Shown here: positions 63,056 to 64,000 of the stretch, piece after piece
Layout of the letters: every line of letters starts with the position of its first letter
Position numbering within the stretch: the first letter of the stretch is position 1
Assembly (NCBI GenBank): GCA_951406725.2
Contig: OX597818.1
Coordinates: forward strand, 57,288,001 to 57,352,000
DNA: 64,000 nt
Direction: 5' to 3'
Source of the DNA: Octopus vulgaris
Taxonomy: Eukaryota
Translations under genes and position numbers: made by a program
The notes under the pieces: generated by a model
Seen by the model: only the letters and a program-made list of their open reading frames with translations
What the model was told of the DNA's origin: nothing
Database searches by the model: none

Positions 63056-63764
63056 ACATATATATATATATAACGTGGCTGAAGGATATTATATTTTTTG
63101 TACTTTAATCAAATGCGTTACAGGAAACGCCTGAGAGTAAATTTAATTTCTCTCTTTTTATAAAAGACTAATTCATGATCTCAAACCGACTTGCTCTCCT
63201 CTCGAAGATATAATTAGATGCGAAGTATTTAAATTTATCTTTAAGAAATATTTCCTATTTTTTTTTTATATATACATTGGCTAATAGCGGTTACTTATAA
63301 TAAAATAAACTCGATAAAATAATTACAATGTCTACCTAAATGTTGTATATTTTAAACGATTGAAAAAGTGCTGGTTTTTAAAAAGTCAAACTTTTCATAA
63401 CATTTATATATTGAACTTTCTAGAAATAGAAATTTATGTCGAATATACAGCCAACGTCCAAACATCGTTCCAAAATATCAGCGATACATCATCACACTGT
63501 GATTAAGAAGTTCGCTTCATTAATATTTTTTCTCAAGTTCAATCCCACATTGCAGCAATCTCTAAATTTTCTTTTTGGTTCGCTTAAAGAAATTTTGTTT
63601 AAACAGAAAAACTACAAGATTTGCTGTTTTGAAGGCTCAATCTTTCGCCTATTTTAACACCACCGTCTGATTAAATGTATTAGATTGACCCTTTCTCAAA
63701 TAATCAGACGCGGTCTTCACTGTTCTATATTTAAGAGATGAAGAATTATATACATTATTTACAT

Positions 63765-64000
63765 TTGGCTAACACCTTTGCCAAAATTTTCAAGTCTGCA
63801 TTGAGCAGAGTGATGGGCCTAAAGTTGTCTATTACGTTCCCCTTGTTTGGGTCCTTTCTTCTGCAACGTACGACTCCTCGGCCCACAAAACCGGGGATGC
63901 TCCCGTTTTGCTGCCAAGACGTCTCCAAATAAGTGTGGCATACAACTGTAAAGCTCGTAGGGCAGACCATCCAAACCTGGCAATTTATCCCTTCGAGAAT
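63765..64000 (-). mobile_element. L1/Tx1-like LINE RT fragment running off the window
   Basis: LPGLDGLPYELY...KDPNKGNVIDNFRPITLLNADLKILAKVLA. Confidence 0.85.

Overview
AT-rich, repeat-saturated metazoan genomic DNA. It is most likely an octopus, inferred from the tRNA-derived SINE families and the microsatellite load, and this was not verified. I find no credible host protein-coding gene, and nearly all ORF-track entries are microsatellite or SINE artefacts. The window is a mosaic of decayed mobile elements. These include three abundant tRNA-derived SINE groups (called A, B and C here), CR1-group, R4/Dong-like, RTE-like and L1/Tx1-like LINE fragments, and an old Gypsy pol relic. It also holds a full-length but disrupted mariner, a maT-like element, Helitron-like elements, a Merlin-like MITE and a Penelope-like (PLE) reverse-transcriptase fragment. 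The most interesting signal is non-coding. About ten hammerhead-ribozyme (HHR)-like motifs from several apparently unrelated short families occur, mostly next to (TA)n tracts and nearly all with a self-complementary stem III. At 45.1 kb and 62.0/62.4 kb they form near-perfect 240-260 bp palindromes whose symmetry axis is the loop of HHR stem II. This suggests the ribozyme hairpin acts as a snap-back point during PLE reverse transcription. Other notable items are one-head/multi-body SINE concatemers inside a single target-site duplication, module-swapped SINEs, and a chain of (TAA)n-associated insertions. All calls were made by eye, and the coordinates of decayed elements are approximate.
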